NCBI GenBank assembly: GCA_963977445.1
Contig: CAXBPH010000042.1
Coordinates: 1-35,122 of the forward strand
DNA from: an uncultured bacterium
GTDB lineage: Bacteria; Hydrogenedentota; Hydrogenedentia; Hydrogenedentales; JAEUWI01
Length of the DNA stretch: 35,122 bases
Direction of reading: 5' to 3'
Part shown: positions 8,800 through 18,634 of the stretch, piece by piece
Layout of the letters: the number at the start of each line of letters is the position of its first letter
How positions within the stretch are numbered: the stretch's first letter is position 1
Translations under genes and position numbers: made by a program
Notes under the pieces: generated by a model
Databases searched by the model: none
The model's input: the letters and a program-made list of their open reading frames with translations, nothing else
What the model was told of the DNA's origin: nothing

Positions 8800-10677
8800 T
8801 TAGCGTTTAGCGCCCAATTCTCGCACGCGAAACACCCCCCCCCGCCCGACGTGGGCAATGGGCTCCAACCAGGTGGCCCTTTCGAGGGAGGCGAGGGTAT
8901 CGGGGTGCACGGGCCAGGTGTGGGGCGCATAGACCCATTCCACACACCAATCCCGGACCAGATCCTGGCGCTTTCCATCGGAGGTGGCCTCACTGAAGAA
9001 GGTATCGGCCACGGCGCGTAATTCCGCGTAGGGTAAATCGGTCAGATTGAAGGAGCCCACGCCAAAGACGACTGGATTCCCCCGACGCCGGACCACGACA
9101 TCACTCGCAGGTGCCGGGGCAAGCACGGTTCCCGCCCCGAGCGATTCCAACAGCGTTTCGTCTTCCTGAGCCATGATCTCGGCGTGGAGTTGGGGCCAAA
9201 TCCCTTCGCCGTGGCGTCGTCCCAGGGGGCCCTGAAAACAGGCGTGGGCGACGGCAATCGAGGTAATTCCAAAGCAAAGTAACGTGGCCGTGATGGTCGT
9301 TTGCAGCCGGGGCCGGAGCGCAAGCAGCCCTTGGGCACACATCACGCACAGGGGCAGCCAGAGAAATACCTGGAGTCGTTGGGGGCCAAAGCGCAGAAAC
9401 CAGCCCTGCCCGAATCCGGAAAGGGAAAGGGCGGCATAGGCCAGAAACCACATACCCATCCAGTCCACGGGATGGGTATCGCTGGCTTCCCTGTGACCCT
9501 GGAGGACACGACGCATCCCCCACACCCCACCGACCACGGCGCCCAGGAGGGCCCAATCGGAGACGTTCGCGGCCACCGATCCATCCCGACCGGCCAGGAG
9601 ATTGCCATAGTAAATCTGGTAAAGGACATAGCCCACCCCATAGGCGAGGAGGTATCCCAGCAAAACAGGCACCGTCACCTGTAAAAATTGATTTTTGTTG
9701 GCCGTGCAGGTGCGCCAGACAGGCTTCAGGCTCGTCGCCAGCGGGAGGGCAACCACGAGGAGGAAGGGCGAAAACCAGACGGCCATGCTCCCCACCACAA
9801 GGTGGTTTTCCAGGACGGCTGGATTGGTCCGCAAGAGAAGCCAGGCCACCGTAAGGCCGAGTACACTGGGGATCCCGTAGGCCGTCAGAATTGATCGGGT
9901 AGCGGCAAAGTCCCGCGAGGGCGCACACAAAAGGTAGAGCAAAAGCAGCCCGCCCACAAAGACGCCATAGCGCGCGTCCAGAAAGGAGCCCAGGGCAATA
10001 GCCACCATCCAGCCGACGGGCAACCGGGTAGCCGGGTCGCGATATCGCCGAATGAGGGCACCGAGCCCCCCCAGACAACAACCGAGCGAGAGGGTGTAGT
10101 AGAGCCGAGGAAAATACAGGGTAGGATTAAAATGGGGCCCTTCCATCAGGTCGTAGACGGCGAAGCGAAAGAACCAGGATTCGAATCCGGGCTGGCCGTG
10201 CATTCCTAAGGCACCCGTGAGGAGATAGAGCAGTCCCCCGGGGCCGCCACCGAGTGCAAAAAGGGTAAAAGCCCGATTGGCCACTGCAGGCACCACAATC
10301 CGCAAGAAACGGTAGATGACGTAGAGATAAAAAAGCGCCCCCAACCCGTTGGCAAGCCCGTAGAAAAGGAATTGAGGCAACGGCATCAGACGATGCGCCA
10401 TGCCCAGCGCGCCATAGAGCCACAAGTGGGGCACGCTGTAATAGGCCATGGCCTGCCCTCCCCCATCGCTCCGGCAGGTGGCATAGGGTGAGGCAAAACC
10501 CGTGGAAAACATATCCATACTCTCGATAAAGAGGGCACTATCGGGAATCGCCAGTCCAGTGGGGACTGTCCCCTCGGGCGGAAAAAAGGCAATCCAGGCA
10601 TGGACGATGGGCTGAAGGGATGCCAGGGCAATAATGAGGACCCAAATCGCGCGGGGTGTGCGCTCCGGGCTATGCAC
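8800..10677 (-). CDS. Polytopic membrane protein, possibly a GT-C-fold glycosyltransferase-like protein
   Basis: 625 aa with many hydrophobic segments, an acidic residue in the first outer loop (PDSALF) and a soluble C-terminal domain. The GTG start is uncertain. Confidence 0.6.
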   Translation of the reverse strand: MHSPERTPRAIWVLIIALASLQPIVHAWIAFFPPEGTVPTGLAIPDSALFIESMDMFSTGFASPYATCRSDGGGQAMAYYSVPHLWLYGALGMAHRLMPLPQFLFYGLANGLGALFYLYVIYRFLRIVVPAVANRAFTLFALGGGPGGLLYLLTGALGMHGQPGFESWFFRFAVYDLMEGPHFNPTLYFPRLYYTLSLGCCLGGLGALIRRYRDPATRLPVGWMVAIALGSFLDARYGVFVGGLLLLYLLCAPSRDFAATRSILTAYGIPSVLGLTVAWLLLRTNPAVLENHLVVGSMAVWFSPFLLVVALPLATSLKPVWRTCTANKNQFLQVTVPVLLGYLLAYGVGYVLYQIYYGNLLAGRDGSVAANVSDWALLGAVVGGVWGMRRVLQGHREASDTHPVDWMGMWFLAYAALSLSGFGQGWFLRFGPQRLQVFLWLPLCVMCAQGLLALRPRLQTTITATLLCFGITSIAVAHACFQGPLGRRHGEGIWPQLHAEIMAQEDETLLESLGAGTVLAPAPASDVVVRRRGNPVVFGVGSFNLTDLPYAELRAVADTFFSEATSDGKRQDLVRDWCVEWVYAPHTWPVHPDTLASLERATWLEPIAHVGRGGVFRVRELGAKR

Positions 10678-11064
10678 GCTGCCCGACTCCGAAAACCAAT
10701 ACGCGAAGGAATCGTGCGGACTCCCCTACAGGCAATCGACACGCCATCAAAATGCGGTGCGCCATGAAGCGCATGGACAGACTCCATCCGAAGCGGGTGA
10801 CCGCGATTTTGATCCAGAACAAGGTAATACGCATGAAAGGTTCCGTGTTTCTCCGGTCGGGCAGGCCGCCTGCGCCATCCAACACGACCTTACTCTCCGA
10901 AGTGGCGACAGGTCAACCGCTGCCAACTCCCCGGTAGGGCACCCTCACCGGAGAGTGTAGCGGTCTGTACCAACGGAGGTAGCGGCTATCTTGCAGCGGG
11001 CGAGTCCATCGTGTATGCTCGGTCAATTCCCATTTTGGCAGCAATTTAGCGCAGGAAAACCCCC

Positions 11065-12270
11065 ATGAAAAACGCTCATCGATTTCTAGCTTTGCCCCTG
11101 ACACTCCTTTCCACCATGGCAGGCTTTACTGTCCCGGCCCATGGCGAGAACCTAAGCCACGGCGTCGACGCCGAATCCGGTCTTGCCGCGGCCGTGGTGG
11201 TAGAAAACAAGGCCCTTGCGCACACGACCCAATTGTTACCCCTGGACAAGACTGGTGCCGTGCAGGGTACGACGCTCTCCGACCAGCTTTCGTCCGTATG
11301 GGCCAATATGCAAACCGCGTTGGGCGAAGTGGGCTCCGACGCCTCCCAATTGGTGCGCCTGAACGTCTATGTCACAAGCAACGTCGGTGACGCCCGTGGA
11401 CTCCTGAAAGAGCATTTGGGTGAGATCAGTCACCCGGTAGCGACCTTTGTCGTAACGCCCCTCAGCGACCCGGCCGCGCTCATCGCCATCGATGCCATCG
11501 CTACCGTTTCGGATGACCGGGCACCGGAAAAGGTATTTCGTTTCATCAGTCCCAATCTCTTCAGCAAGAATCGGGTGGCCCACGTTGTCGTACTACCCAA
11601 AGGACGCACCCTGTACATCTCTGGTATGGCCGATCCCACGCAGGACCTGGTCGTTGCCACGGTAGGCACGATGAAACAGCTCCGTGCGGTGCTGCAACTG
11701 AATGAGGTGGGTGTTGAAGAAGTCGTGCACCTCAAGGCCTATATGAAACCCATGACCAGCAACAACGACGTAGAGAAAGTCATGGCAGCCTACTTTCCCG
11801 ACCAGCCCGCCCCGGCGATGACCGCCATTGAATGGGGCAATGGTATCCCCATTGAAATCGAATTAATCGCCCACCTGCCGGGCAACGGTGACAGCGACGC
11901 CCCCGTGCAGTTGCTGTGGCCCCCAGAGGAAAAGCGGTCTCCTGTCTACTGCCGCTATGCCATCGTCAACAGCCCCACGCGCATCTATACGCAGGGATTC
12001 TTGTCGGAAGACGCCGTGGATGCCGATGGCCAGATCCGTAGTATCTACAAGCAGCTTGAGGCGACCCTCAGCCCACTCCAGAGTGATTTTCGTCATCTGG
12101 TCAAGGCGACCTACCTCCATTCGGCGGAAGACACGAGCAAAGCGCTCAACGACATCCGCCCCGAACTCTACGACCCCGAACGCCCCCCAGCGGCTTCGAA
12201 AGCGAGCATTGCCGGCACGGGCGACGAAAAACGCTCCATGATGATTGACATGATCGCTGTACCCAAGTAG
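11065..12270 (+). CDS. Exported protein with three tandem RidA (YjgF/YER057c/UK114)-like domains
   Basis: Signal peptide ending VPAHG. Three repeats of the Rid pattern: LVRLNVYV...IAIDAIA, LYISG...VVHLKAYM...IEIELIA and IYTQG...LVKATY...IDMIA. SD AGGA. Confidence 0.8.
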   Translation: MKNAHRFLALPLTLLSTMAGFTVPAHGENLSHGVDAESGLAAAVVVENKALAHTTQLLPLDKTGAVQGTTLSDQLSSVWANMQTALGEVGSDASQLVRLNVYVTSNVGDARGLLKEHLGEISHPVATFVVTPLSDPAALIAIDAIATVSDDRAPEKVFRFISPNLFSKNRVAHVVVLPKGRTLYISGMADPTQDLVVATVGTMKQLRAVLQLNEVGVEEVVHLKAYMKPMTSNNDVEKVMAAYFPDQPAPAMTAIEWGNGIPIEIELIAHLPGNGDSDAPVQLLWPPEEKRSPVYCRYAIVNSPTRIYTQGFLSEDAVDADGQIRSIYKQLEATLSPLQSDFRHLVKATYLHSAEDTSKALNDIRPELYDPERPPAASKASIAGTGDEKRSMMIDMIAVPK

Positions 12271-12291
12271 GCGACAGACTTCCCTCGCGGA

Positions 12292-13476
12292 TTAGGGGAT
12301 ATCCAACACGTGCTGATAAATCTTGATGTGCTCCGTTGCCGCCGCCTCCCAGGAGGTGGCGGCCGCGGCCGCTGATCGCATGACCTCAAACTGAATTCGT
12401 GACGCCTCTGGGTCTTCCATAAAAGCGAGGATCCCCTCGGCCAGCGCGGCGGAACTCCGGGCGGGAACACACCAACGGGCGTCATGACTCACGAGATCGG
12501 GCAGGCCACCCGTTTCTGTCACCAGAAGGGGCTTACCGTAGCTGAGTGCCTGGACACCTACGGCGCTCTGGGCATCGAAATGGGTATAGGGCAATACCAC
12601 GAGATCCGCTGCCCCGAAGAAACCCGCCACCTCACACTCCGGGATGTATTCCAAATGAAGGCTTACGTTGCCTTCTAATTGCAGCTGGTCAATCAGGGTG
12701 GCGTAGGGCTCCCAGGGCTCCCACAAGGCTCCCGCGACCACAAGCAGGACTTCCGGGTGCTTATCGCGAACCAGCGCAAGGGCCCGCAAAAGCACCTCAA
12801 GCCCTTTGTAGGGGCGAATGGTGCCGAAAAACAGGAGTACGCTTCGTTCCTGATCAATATCCAGGGCCCCGCAGGCCTCCCCCTTCTCCATGGCTGCTGT
12901 CTGCAGCCCGGCGACGCCCATGGGCACGTGGGAAACACGTGCCGGGTCAACCGGGTAGGATTCCAGGAGTTGAGAACGATTCGTTTCGCTATGAACGATC
13001 AGGTGGTCGGCCTGGCCATAGAGCACCCGACTCGCCCACAGAAAGGCCGCGCTTTTTTCGTGGGGGTGTACATTGTGCACGGTTACAACAACGGGAATGT
13101 TGCGCCATCGCGCCAGGGTAGCAAATGTCAGACAAACCGGAAAAAGGGGCAGGCTCCACCACTGGATGTGAAACACCCCGGCCCGGCTTCTCCAGGCGTG
13201 CCACAACCACCCAAGGGGGTTGTACCAGGCGAGCCCATGGCGCAGGTTGAGCAGGGGTGCCGTTGGCTTCGCAGCGGTCGGATCCATGACCCCACCATGG
13301 CCTGGAAAGAGCAACGCAGGATACATGGCGCTGAATCCCAGCGCCTCCACCGGAATTTCCTGCCCAAGCGCCTCCACTAAGGCACCGCAATATCCGGATA
13401 TACCCTGGGCCTGGGGGGGAAAGGACCCCAGCACCAGTACGTGCGGCCCATGCGCTGCGGCGATAGCGTCATCCAA
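12292..13476 (-). CDS. Glycosyltransferase family 4 (GT-B)
   Basis: Motifs FPP..GI, VTVHNV, FFGTIRPYKG, ADLVVLPY and GKPLLVTETGGLPD. Confidence 0.9.
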   Translation of the reverse strand: MDDAIAAAHGPHVLVLGSFPPQAQGISGYCGALVEALGQEIPVEALGFSAMYPALLFPGHGGVMDPTAAKPTAPLLNLRHGLAWYNPLGWLWHAWRSRAGVFHIQWWSLPLFPVCLTFATLARWRNIPVVVTVHNVHPHEKSAAFLWASRVLYGQADHLIVHSETNRSQLLESYPVDPARVSHVPMGVAGLQTAAMEKGEACGALDIDQERSVLLFFGTIRPYKGLEVLLRALALVRDKHPEVLLVVAGALWEPWEPYATLIDQLQLEGNVSLHLEYIPECEVAGFFGAADLVVLPYTHFDAQSAVGVQALSYGKPLLVTETGGLPDLVSHDARWCVPARSSAALAEGILAFMEDPEASRIQFEVMRSAAAAATSWEAAATEHIKIYQHVLDIP

Positions 13477-13488
13477 GTCGGGATTCCG

Positions 13489-14283
13489 TCACGCCAGGGC
13501 AGCCTGCATCCGCTCCCATTGCGCACGACCTACCTCTTTGATACGGCTGTCGGGCCACCTCTCCAGCGGAGAGTAGCAGGGATGTTCATGCTCTTTGTAG
13601 GGATTGTTGCGGGCGGCGTTGTAGCAGCAAATAAGGGACCACCGTGGATTTTCACTGAGATTGGCGTCGGAACGATGGAGTACGTTGCTGTGAAACCAGA
13701 AGGCGTCGCCAGGTTCCAGTTCGCAGTAGACCACCTCCATGCGTTCGAGTACTTTTTCGACCCGTTCCAGATCGGCACCGGTCTGATTACCCACGACACC
13801 GTGATTGATGCGGCCCAGATGGTGCGAACCGGGAACAACCTGAAGGCATCCATTTTCTTTGTTGGCCGCATCGATGCCGATGAGGCAGCTCGCCATGTGG
13901 GGATAGAGGCACCCGTTGTTGTACCAATAGCCATAATCCTGGTGCCATTCCCAGGCCCCGCCGACGCGCGGCTCCTTGAGCATCATCTTGTGGTGATAGT
14001 GGTAGACCTCCCCACCCAGCAGCTGCTCCATGGGGTTGACCATCTTGTGGGAGCGGACAATGGCGCTATACATATCGTCTTCGAGGGTATTGCAGACGGT
14101 GAGTCGGGTGGTAAAGCCCTCGGCATCGACACGGTCAATGGCACCACTCGCAATCGCCTGATCGGTCTTGGCGATGTTGTAGAGCAGCTCAATTTCTTCC
14201 GTGTCAAAATACTTTTTCTTCAGGAGGCATCCGGTTTCTTCAAACTCGGCCAGCTCTGCGGGGCTCAGCATAGATTCAGACAT
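13489..14283 (-). CDS. Phytanoyl-CoA dioxygenase (PhyH) family Fe(II)/2-oxoglutarate dioxygenase
   Basis: HxD motif in WEWHQDYGYW, ENGCLQVVPGSH and the distal His in FHSNVLHRS. Start placed at ATG 14283 (SD AAGGA). Confidence 0.9.
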   Translation of the reverse strand: MSESMLSPAELAEFEETGCLLKKKYFDTEEIELLYNIAKTDQAIASGAIDRVDAEGFTTRLTVCNTLEDDMYSAIVRSHKMVNPMEQLLGGEVYHYHHKMMLKEPRVGGAWEWHQDYGYWYNNGCLYPHMASCLIGIDAANKENGCLQVVPGSHHLGRINHGVVGNQTGADLERVEKVLERMEVVYCELEPGDAFWFHSNVLHRSDANLSENPRWSLICCYNAARNNPYKEHEHPCYSPLERWPDSRIKEVGRAQWERMQAALA

Positions 14284-14466
14284 GATACGTTCCTTCGTTG
14301 ACTGTCCCAATTCACGCCTTAGTATCATCAAAGGCTGGGGTAAAGATCCAGTTCGGGGAGCGTTTTACTTTGTCGTGGGTGGGGGGTATGATGGACATGG
14401 GGCACAACTCTACTGGTATACCAGCAATCACGTCATCCGACAGCCACCGATGGGTCATGGAGAATC

Positions 14467-17247
14467 ATGCGAACCGTACGGATCACATTGACCGCAACTT
14501 TTCTGCTCCTGATCGCGGTTACCGCCGGAAGTATATGGCTTCTGGCAGATTTCTATAACAAGAAAAACACCGACCAACTTGTTGCGCAAATTCATGTTGA
14601 GCTTTCCCATCGCATCGACCTGCGAATTCGGGAACTGCTGGCCATCCCCCACCAACTGAATGGAATGAGCGGACGAATCGTCCAGAATCCACCTGGCGAT
14701 GAACAAGAACATGCTATCCATTTCTTTCACAGCGTTCTCCAGGCCTATCCCCATGTAAATGCCTTGTTTCTGGGTAGCCAGGACGGTTCCATGGGCGGGG
14801 CGCGCTGGTCGAGTGACGGTTCCCGGGTCGAAATCATGTTGACCAACGCCGAAACCGGGGGGGCGCTGGATTATTTTCGCATCGATGACGATGGCACCCC
14901 ACTCGAGTTGGTTGAAAGTGCCCCCGACTATGACCCCAGAAATCGCCTCTGGTATAGCGACGCCGTGGACACGGATGGCCCCGTCTGGAGTCCCATTTAT
15001 CTGGACTTCGCAACGAAAGCACTGGTTATGACCGCCGCGCAGCCACTCTATAACTCCAATCGCGACTTGCTGGGGGTTTTGGGCTGTGGTCTCCAGTTTA
15101 AGCAGATCAATCAATTTCTCCAGACCATGGACGTCGGCAATGCTGGCGTGGCCTACTTGATGGAATTGGACGGCAACCTGATCAGCGACAGTAGCGGCGG
15201 TCCGTCCTTTCAGATGGATGGCGAGACCCCCACACGGGTGCAGGCGGTCGATAGTCCCAACGACTTGATACGCCAGAGCGCCCGTGGACTCCGTGAGCGT
15301 TTTGGCACCCTCGACCAGATTCCCGACGAGAGTATGCTCTCTATTGAATTGGCCACCGGGCTCGCCTATGGGAGCACCTTTCACATTACCGACAAATTCG
15401 GCCTAGATTGGCTCGGCGTAATCGTCGTCCCCGAAGAAGGCTACATGGCCATCGTACGGGAACGAAACCAGGTCGCCACCTACGTCCTTTTGTTGGTGAT
15501 CGTTGGCGTCCTCCTGGCGGGGTTGATTAGTGCCCATTTCCTGACACGCCCGCTCACCCAGCTTAGCGAAGCCGCGCGGCGTGTCACCCGGGGCTCTTGG
15601 GATGCTCCCCTGGCCACGGAACGCCGGGACGAGTTTGGGGAGGTCGCGAGGGCCTTTGACACCATGCTCACCCAAGTGCGCGCCCGTATTGAGGAATTAC
15701 AGACGACGCGGAATGCACTACGTGAAAGCGAGGACCGCTATGCACGGGCACAGGAAGCAGCCCGCGTTGTAACCTGGACGTGGGACTTCGCAACCGATGA
15801 AATTGAGTGGATGGAACTAAGCGAGCCCATCATTGGTGGGACGCCCGGCATCAACCGGATTAAGGCCCCTTCCTACTTGCGCAATGTGCATCAAGAGGAC
15901 CGGGACTATGTGATTAAATGCCTCGATGAAGCCCTGAATGGCCAACAGGATTTTGATATCGAACACCGTCTCATGCGGAGCGATAACGTCATGCGCTGGG
16001 TATCTTCCAAGGGCGATGTTCTACGCCAGGAAGACGGCACGCCTACGGCCTTCATCGGCGTGGTGCAGGATATTTCGGAACGAAAGCGCCTTGAATCTCA
16101 ATTGCGTCAGGCGCAGAAAATGGATGCGGTGGGCCGTCTCGCCGGTGGGGTAGCCCATGATTTTAACAATCTCCTGCAGGCCATCCTCGGCTTTGCAGAA
16201 ATCGCCCGGGACAGTCTGTCCCCCGCAAATACCGCCCACGATGATCTAACCGAAATTATGAGTGCCGCAACCCGGGCAACGGAACTCGTCAGTCAACTAC
16301 TCGCATTCAGCCGGCGCCAATTGTTGCGCCTGGACAATATCGCACTGGATGCGGTCGTTCAAGAGATGGGAAAAATGCTTTCCCGACTCATCGATGAAAC
16401 GATTACCCTGCAATTGGTCCTGCCGGAGCAAGAAGCGGTCATACGTGCCGACCGCACCCAGGTCGAACAAATCTTAATGAATCTCTGCGTCAATGCCCGG
16501 GATTCCATGCCCGACGGCGGCACCCTCAAGATTTCGGTGGGTTCCGTCACCTTGCGACCGGAGGACAGTGAATCCCAGCCTTGGGCACGACCGGGCGATT
16601 ACCATTTCCTCCGGGTTTGTGACACCGGTTCTGGTATGGACGATGGCACCTTGTCCCATGTGTTTGAACCCTTTTTCACCACAAAAGAAGTGGGTAAAGG
16701 CACGGGTCTGGGTCTGGCAACGGTCTATGGCATCGTTGAACAGCACAACGGGCTGATCCACGTCGTCAGTGAGATGGAACAGGGTACGACTTTTGAGGTC
16801 TATTTCCCGGCGCAGACCGGGGAGATTAAACATGAAATCGCGCCAGCGCCGGTGGCCGCTCCGGGCGGAGGCGAAACCATTCTGGTGGCCGAAGACGACA
16901 GCGCTGTACGGCAACTGGCACGCCGTATATTGGAGCGGGCAGGCTACACGGTCATTATCGCCGTGGACGGCAGTCAGGCGATTGCGCTCTTCGAGGAGCA
17001 TCGCGAAAATATCGATGCGGCTTTCCTCGACGTCGTAATGCCTGGAAAAAACGGCAAGGCCGTGCTGGAACACCTGAAATCTCGTTCGCCCCATTTGCCC
17101 GTCATGTTTGCGAGCGGCTATGCGGAAGCAGGCGTCCATACGGACTTTGTGCTGGAGGAAGGGTTGAAACTCATTCAAAAGCCCTACACCCCCCAGACGG
17201 TTCTCGAGAGCCTGCGAGAAATTCTGCACGTTTCCCCCACAGATTAA
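14467..17247 (+). CDS. Hybrid sensor histidine kinase (TM-dCache-TM-HAMP-PAS-HisKA-HATPase-REC)
   Basis: Cache motifs YDPRNRLWY and PVWSPIY; HAMP motif DEFGEVARAF; H-box AGGVAHDFNN; PFFTTKEVGKGTGLGL; receiver motifs ILVAEDD, LDVVMP and QKPY. Confidence 0.95.
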   Translation: MRTVRITLTATFLLLIAVTAGSIWLLADFYNKKNTDQLVAQIHVELSHRIDLRIRELLAIPHQLNGMSGRIVQNPPGDEQEHAIHFFHSVLQAYPHVNALFLGSQDGSMGGARWSSDGSRVEIMLTNAETGGALDYFRIDDDGTPLELVESAPDYDPRNRLWYSDAVDTDGPVWSPIYLDFATKALVMTAAQPLYNSNRDLLGVLGCGLQFKQINQFLQTMDVGNAGVAYLMELDGNLISDSSGGPSFQMDGETPTRVQAVDSPNDLIRQSARGLRERFGTLDQIPDESMLSIELATGLAYGSTFHITDKFGLDWLGVIVVPEEGYMAIVRERNQVATYVLLLVIVGVLLAGLISAHFLTRPLTQLSEAARRVTRGSWDAPLATERRDEFGEVARAFDTMLTQVRARIEELQTTRNALRESEDRYARAQEAARVVTWTWDFATDEIEWMELSEPIIGGTPGINRIKAPSYLRNVHQEDRDYVIKCLDEALNGQQDFDIEHRLMRSDNVMRWVSSKGDVLRQEDGTPTAFIGVVQDISERKRLESQLRQAQKMDAVGRLAGGVAHDFNNLLQAILGFAEIARDSLSPANTAHDDLTEIMSAATRATELVSQLLAFSRRQLLRLDNIALDAVVQEMGKMLSRLIDETITLQLVLPEQEAVIRADRTQVEQILMNLCVNARDSMPDGGTLKISVGSVTLRPEDSESQPWARPGDYHFLRVCDTGSGMDDGTLSHVFEPFFTTKEVGKGTGLGLATVYGIVEQHNGLIHVVSEMEQGTTFEVYFPAQTGEIKHEIAPAPVAAPGGGETILVAEDDSAVRQLARRILERAGYTVIIAVDGSQAIALFEEHRENIDAAFLDVVMPGKNGKAVLEHLKSRSPHLPVMFASGYAEAGVHTDFVLEEGLKLIQKPYTPQTVLESLREILHVSPTD

Positions 17248-17301
17248 CGCAGCCAGCGATTTTTACTGTCTCCAGGGCAAGCCAGCCAACACGCACCCAC
17301 T

Positions 17302-17339
17302 AAAATGGCGCGTCGCCCGGCTTGACCAGACGACGCGCC
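17302..17339 (-). terminator. Rho-independent terminator of the NagB-like gene
   Basis: Minus strand reads GGCGCGTCGTCTGG-TCAAG-CCGGGCGACGCGCC-ATTTT, a 14-bp stem with G-U pairs followed by a U-tail. Confidence 0.8.
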
Positions 17340-17365
17340 CAACAGATGTGCTATGAGGTGAACCC

Positions 17366-18322
17366 TTAGTTACATTCGGGTTCCAGGGGCCCTGCAAGCT
17401 CTTCCAGGAAGAACAGGCGCCCAGGCAAGGTCGGCATATAGGTGCTGGGAATCCAGGGCGTCGGCTTATGGTGGAGGCTCATCCACAGTGACATCCCCTG
17501 CCACATCATTCCACGGCCTAAGGCACCGTCACAACCGCCAATGATCTTGTCGGACATGAGGAACAGTCCAGGGCCCACGGTATTGGCGCGGGCGGGAACC
17601 AGGGTCGTGCGACTCTTGAAACTGGTAATCGCATTTTGTTCGACCGTGAGGGGGCACAACTGGGCACCCAGGCGATAGTCGGCTTTCTTCCAGGCACCTT
17701 CGGTCTTATAGTCAGCGGCAAATTGCGGCTCCCAGAAGGCGATGTGACATGCGCGACCAATACCGAAGACGGTAATTAACGGCGCACCTTTTTTCTTCAA
17801 TGCCCGAATCTTCTCGCCGTAGGTGGGGAGATTCTTCTTGGTGGCAAAGTTACGCTGCTTCTTGGGTACGGTGAGCTTTCCGAGGGGGCCGTAGAAGGCC
17901 GATTCCATGGCATTCTGGAAGGCACCGGTATCGTTGGCCGGCAATGTTTTTCCGGATTCGTCGCTCCACTCGTCCATATTGAATCCGTGAACGTGTTTAC
18001 AATCGACATTCCATGCTTTGAGGAAATAGACGGCCCACCGATACATGCCCATGGGACCCACCGGCAAAATAAAGGCAATCTGCTTCTTCTTCATCTTGGC
18101 ATCGAGGATGGCGAGGGCGATTTCGTGCCCCATCATGGTGTCGAAGTCTTCCAGGGAGGCACAGGGAACGGCTTCGAACTTCTTATTCCACCACTTTTCC
18201 GCCTTGGTGATCGTTTCCGGTTTCCGGGCACAGATACTATCTATCGCATCGAGATCCCAGCCTGCCGGAAAAAAATCCTTCAGGAGCGACCCCTTGATCG
18301 TTGTCATGAGGTTTATGGCCAT
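17366..18322 (-). CDS. Glucosamine-6-phosphate isomerase/deaminase-like protein (NagB/RpiA/CoA-transferase-like superfamily, divergent)
   Basis: Motifs ILPVGP, GFNMDEW and [14 protein letters not shown] are comparable to NagB FNMDEY and GxGxxGHIAFNEP. SD GGAAGGA. Confidence 0.75.
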   Translation of the reverse strand: MAINLMTTIKGSLLKDFFPAGWDLDAIDSICARKPETITKAEKWWNKKFEAVPCASLEDFDTMMGHEIALAILDAKMKKKQIAFILPVGPMGMYRWAVYFLKAWNVDCKHVHGFNMDEWSDESGKTLPANDTGAFQNAMESAFYGPLGKLTVPKKQRNFATKKNLPTYGEKIRALKKKGAPLITVFGIGRACHIAFWEPQFAADYKTEGAWKKADYRLGAQLCPLTVEQNAITSFKSRTTLVPARANTVGPGLFLMSDKIIGGCDGALGRGMMWQGMSLWMSLHHKPTPWIPSTYMPTLPGRLFFLEELAGPLEPECN

Positions 18323-18495
18323 GCGTATGTTTCCTTCCGCTTCATTTTCTGGATATTGGTTTCATTAAATCGCCCGCGTAATTTCAGGCAACTCGAACGA
18401 GCCTCATCATAATCCATGCTGTATCGATTTTGAAACCTCGACGCCTTTCTGTTCCGCGGCTATCTTTTGCCAGCAATTGAGAAACAACGACGAGT

Positions 18496-18580
18496 TCCGA
18501 CGGGTCTCGGGACACGGCTAAATGGAAGAGGCCCGCACGATGGACGCACGGACCTCTTAAGACCAGACAGCCGAGTCGGA
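18496..18580 (-). other. Nested stem-loop in the 3' UTR of the histone-like gene (terminator/stabiliser candidate)
   Basis: TCCGAC/GTCGGA and CGGCT/AGCCG enclose a 14-bp inner stem AAGAGGTCCGTGCG / CGTGCGGGCCTCTT. The inner stem is fully paired only on the minus strand, through G-U pairs. Confidence 0.5.
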
Positions 18581-18634
18581 CACATCACCCGGGGCAATGG
18601 TCCAACCGTAGACTGCAATCAATCTGGATACGAT

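Noticed and set aside
9101..10081. 326-aa alternative-frame ORF inside the membrane protein gene
   Set aside because: Pro/Arg/Gly-rich composition typical of an off-frame read in GC-rich DNA, with no motifs.
10917..10999. Imperfect long hairpin (10917-10963) with alternative pairing CCGCTGC/GCAGCGG upstream of the triple-RidA gene
   Set aside because: No riboswitch consensus and no terminator or SD overlap. Such pairing is expected in GC-rich DNA.
13489..14283. Ectoine hydroxylase (ectD), given the osmolyte theme
   Set aside because: The EctD signature FxWHSDFETWH is absent (here WEWHQDYGYW), and no ectABC genes are in the window.
14455..15384. 309-aa antisense ORF over the hybrid kinase
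   Set aside because: Antisense shadow of a well-supported gene, explained by codon bias.
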